From Gemmatimonadota bacterium (GTDB lineage: Bacteria > Gemmatimonadota > Gemmatimonadetes > Palauibacterales > Palauibacteraceae), in the NCBI GenBank assembly GCA_965116475.1, contig OZ220691.1:2112001-2176000 (forward strand): 64,000 bases of DNA, read 5' to 3'. The notes below the pieces were generated by a model. It saw only the letters and a list, made by a program, of their open reading frames with translations. It did not search any database and was not told the origin of the DNA. The position numbers were made by a program, and so were the translations under genes. Below are positions 62,624 through 64,000 of this stretch, in pieces; position 1 is the stretch's first letter, and every line of letters begins with the position of its first letter.

Positions 62624-63919
62624 TCAGGCACAGCGGTCCGCAATCGCCGCTATCGCGGCGTCGATCTCGTCGCGGGTGTTGAAGAAGTGGATCGACAGGC
62701 GGAAGTCGCGCTCGTGCCGGACCGGAGAGCCGAGGATCCCCTCGTCTTCGCGCAGATCGCTGTATAACTGCGTGGCGTCGCATCCCTCCGGGAGTCGAAC
62801 GACGAACACGCCCGAGCGGTCCGGGCGCGCCCGGGGGGATGACACGCCCAGTCCCTCGGTGGCGTCCACGGCTTCGGTCGCGTGGTCGACGAGCCACTGG
62901 ATTCGCTCCTCGATCCTCGCCAGGCCGATGTCCTCCATCCAGTCGACCGCGTGGGCGAAGCCGGCGAAGTCCGCGAGCGCGCGGGTGCCGAACTCGTAGC
63001 GGGCGGCGCTGGGGAGCAGCGTGTAGGCGCCCTCGTAGTCCATCGTCGCATGGCTGTGCGAACCGGCCCAGCTGAGTTGCACGTCATCGAGCATCTCCCG
63101 GCGCACGAAGAGCGCGCCCGTACCCTTGGGGCCGAGCAGCCACTTGTGGCCGCACGTCGAATAGCCGTCGCAGCCGAGGGCGCGGAAGTCGGTCGCGACG
63201 CAGCCGGGGCCCTGCGCGCCGTCGAGGTGGTAGCGCACGCCGCGGGCGCGCAGGAGGTCGCCCAGTTCGGCGGACTCGTCCGCCCGCAGCGTCCGTCCGT
63301 TGTTCCGCGATACGTGGCTGATACTCACCATCCGCGTGCGGTCCGAGAGCTGGCCGCGAACCTCGTCGATGAGCCCGGTGCCGGGACTCAGGTCGATCTC
63401 GCGGATCACGATTCCGAACCGGTCCCGCAGGACGTACCACGGGATGACGTTGGCGGGATGTTCCGTGTTGGAGATCACGACCTCGTCGCCCGCCTCCCAG
63501 TTCAGGCTCCAGGCGACGATGGCGATCCCCTCGGAGGTGCTGTGCGTGAGCGCGACCTCTTCGGTTTCGGCGCCGAACACGCGCGCCAGTTGCGCCCGCA
63601 GGTCGGGCTCGATGCGGGCCATCTCGTCCGAGATGCGGGGCTCGGCCGGACTCCGGTTCTGGAAGGCGAGCCGCTCCTGGATGTGGTCGATGACCGCCTC
63701 GGGAGCCGGGCCGATGCCGCCCGTCTGGAAGTACAGGCTCTCCGTCGAGGCGGGGATCTCGGCGCGCGCCCGCGCCACCCAGGCTTCCTGAGGGCGACCC
63801 CGACCGGCGGGGCGCGAAACCGGGTCGACCGACAGGGCGAGCCGCCCCACGGGCACGATCGGCGCCAGCGCCAGCGCGCCCGCGGACCGGCGGAGGAAGC
63901 TGCGTCGACTCGTGTTCAT
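62624..63919 (-). CDS. Class V aminotransferase-fold PLP enzyme with Tat signal (isopenicillin N epimerase / cysteine desulfurase-like)
   Basis: SRRSFL Tat motif; THSTSEG, EHPAN, DGAQ, GHKWLLGPKGTG and RYEFGT motifs; GGAGGA SD. Confidence 0.9.
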   Translation of the reverse strand: MNTSRRSFLRRSAGALALAPIVPVGRLALSVDPVSRPAGRGRPQEAWVARARAEIPASTESLYFQTGGIGPAPEAVIDHIQERLAFQNRSPAEPRISDEMARIEPDLRAQLARVFGAETEEVALTHSTSEGIAIVAWSLNWEAGDEVVISNTEHPANVIPWYVLRDRFGIVIREIDLSPGTGLIDEVRGQLSDRTRMVSISHVSRNNGRTLRADESAELGDLLRARGVRYHLDGAQGPGCVATDFRALGCDGYSTCGHKWLLGPKGTGALFVRREMLDDVQLSWAGSHSHATMDYEGAYTLLPSAARYEFGTRALADFAGFAHAVDWMEDIGLARIEERIQWLVDHATEAVDATEGLGVSSPRARPDRSGVFVVRLPEGCDATQLYSDLREDEGILGSPVRHERDFRLSIHFFNTRDEIDAAIAAIADRCA

Positions 63920-64000
63920 GGCTCGTCCTCCGGATTCCCCTCGCTCAGGATCAGCCACCGCAACCTTTCCTCGCTGACCGTTCTGCGCAGGGGGGCGGCG

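Noticed and set aside
37000..64000. tRNA-anchored integrative island
   Set aside because: No integrase seen and no duplicated tRNA 3' end (attR) noticed within the window; it could lie outside

Overview
A GC-rich bacterial chromosome segment. The gene repertoire suggests a Gemmatimonadota-like, possibly sponge-associated organism (inference only). Left to right it contains: (i) a + strand housekeeping run (hydrolase, NSS transporter, zincin, S2P-CBS protease, nth, queG, desaturase); (ii) a metal module with a DtxR-box-like operator, Tat multicopper oxidase, ZIP, DoxX, a His/Cys/PPP leader peptide and cusCBA; (iii) a long - strand run including a PfkB kinase fused to a Qng1/Q-salvage-like glycosylase, a second multicopper oxidase, an intradiol dioxygenase, fxsA, DUF59, a ferredoxin reductase-like protein and pduO; (iv) ggt, then 13 tRNA genes in two clusters (9+4); (v) an accessory region with six TA/defence-type modules, a TRAP operon split by an inserted AAA+DUF4143 gene, two eukaryote-type sterol-modifying genes, a BBOX-like/HD oxygenase pair, tandem M29-like paralogs and Tat-exported PLP enzymes. 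Top leads are the kinase-Qng1-like fusion, two transposase-free cassettes bounded by 8-bp direct repeats that end at an upstream stop codon, the sterol methyltransferase/reductase pair and the CutF/CruR-like leader before cusCBA. All family calls come from motif recognition by eye; no database search was run. No rRNA, CRISPR array, integrase or transposase was seen.
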